Source of the DNA: Aliivibrio fischeri ES114
GTDB lineage: Bacteria > Pseudomonadota > Gammaproteobacteria > Enterobacterales > Vibrionaceae
Strand: one strand, 5' to 3'
NCBI RefSeq assembly: GCF_000011805.1
Contig: NC_006840.2
Length of the DNA: 32,000 bases
Positions 31,246-32,000 of the stretch are shown here, piece after piece. Position 1 is the first letter of the stretch. The number at the start of each line of letters is the position of its first letter. The notes beneath the pieces were generated by a model, which made no database searches, was not told where the DNA came from, and saw only the letters and a list, made by a program, of their open reading frames with translations. The translations under genes were made by a program, and so were the position numbers.

Positions 31246-32000
31246 ATGGACATTATAACTGATAAAAACCAAAGCGATGTCGATGAGTATTTACCTCATG
31301 AAAGAACGGTCACTGTATTTGGATTCTTAATTTTAAGCATTGCTGTTGCATTATCCGCTTTTCAAATATGGCAGGGAATAAGCTCGACAATCTCTGCTAC
31401 TTATTTTAGGCCTATCCACTTATGTTGGGTTCTCATTCTCATCTTTTTGCATTACCCGTTAATTAATAATCGAAAGAGTTCTTTGTATTTAGCTGGGAGA
31501 GTTATCGATCTTATTTTGTGTGGTTTGATTGTTTTTGCTGCTTATCGAATGACGATATTTGATTATAACGATATCAACCATCTCTTTTATGGGTTGCAAT
31601 TACCCGATATGGTTGCGGGTTGTTCATTGATTATTTTATTAATGGAAGGCTGCCGTCGTACTGTTGGATGGGTAATGGTACTTATTGCTGTGTTATTTTT
31701 ATCTTATAGCGCATTTGGAGATATGTTACCTGCAGGTTTCGCAATTAAATCATATACCTTACAAGAGCTTATTCAGTTTCAAATTTTTTCTGCTAACGGC
31801 ATATTTGGTTCTGCATTAGGGATTGCTGCAACCACCGTTTTTGTCTTTGTTTTATTTGGAGCTTTTCTTGAGGTAACCGGGGCCGGGAAATTTTTTATTG
31901 ATTTAGCCTTTTCTATTGCGGGTAAATATCGAGGTGGTCCAGCAAAAGCGGCGGTATTAGCATCGGCCGGATTAGGTTCTATTTCTGGTTCTGCAATTGC
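31246..32000 (+). CDS. TRAP transporter fused (4TM/12TM) permease, TAXI-associated; 3' end outside window
   Basis: My own translation from the ATG at 31246 is MDIITDKNQSDVDEYLPHERTVTVFGFLILSIAVALSAFQIW...LFGAFLEVTGAGKFFIDLAFSIAGKYRGGPAKAAVLASAGLGSISGSAI. This is the typical fused-permease block. The frame is open to the window edge. Confidence 0.85.
   Translation, partial: MDIITDKNQSDVDEYLPHERTVTVFGFLILSIAVALSAFQIWQGISSTISATYFRPIHLCWVLILIFLHYPLINNRKSSLYLAGRVIDLILCGLIVFAAYRMTIFDYNDINHLFYGLQLPDMVAGCSLIILLMEGCRRTVGWVMVLIAVLFLSYSAFGDMLPAGFAIKSYTLQELIQFQIFSANGIFGSALGIAATTVFVFVLFGAFLEVTGAGKFFIDLAFSIAGKYRGGPAKAAVLASAGLGSISGSAI

Noticed and set aside
1-32000. Looked for signs of a mobile or defence island: integrase, transposase, tRNA attachment site, direct flanking repeats, CRISPR repeats, toxin-antitoxin pairs, restriction-modification or other defence genes.
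   Set aside because: None were found in any frame. The long-range repeats I could spot by eye are limited to the short regulatory motifs listed above. Composition looks uniformly AT-rich, but I could not compute GC skew or k-mer deviation.

Overview
AT-rich (judged by eye, not computed) gammaproteobacterial chromosomal segment. Its gene content looks Vibrionaceae-like: a ToxR-type membrane regulator, YghU/YfcG-type GSTs, a second divergent PurA, and DUF1254/DUF1214 proteins. About 31 protein genes are supported. I saw no tRNA/rRNA, CRISPR array, transposase, integrase or phage genes, so this is an accessory metabolic and regulatory neighbourhood rather than a mobile island. Gene order: GH19 chitinase 3' end; pepT coupled to a DcuC-family carrier; divergent purA paralog/LysR; glutamate decarboxylase plus an AspT/YbjL-family (AAE) transporter; LysR/DoxX/pirin; two tandem secreted DUF1254/DUF1214 paralogs with a LysR and an outer-membrane barrel; a six-gene minus-strand operon; DUF2127; TetR plus two Nu-class GSTs; brnQ preceded by a candidate Ile/Val/Leu-rich leader peptide; an OMP barrel; an overlapping ToxR-like/ToxS-like pair; dcuB; and a TAXI-type TRAP transporter running off the 3' end. 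The best candidate for an undescribed system is the tightly coupled operon at 21206->17324. It reads BacA/AerD/SalX-like non-aromatizing prephenate decarboxylase - DUF2000 - FGE-sulfatase-fold protein lacking the FGE cysteine pair - small cytoplasmic molybdopterin-oxidoreductase-fold protein - LysE exporter - AraC regulator. None of the usual bacilysin-type partner enzymes are present. Second-tier observations are a decarboxylase/antiporter module that uses an AAE transporter instead of GadC, a possible attenuator upstream of brnQ, and the ToxRS/VtrAC-like sensor pair. All homology calls come from reading the translations and remembered family motifs; no searches were run.
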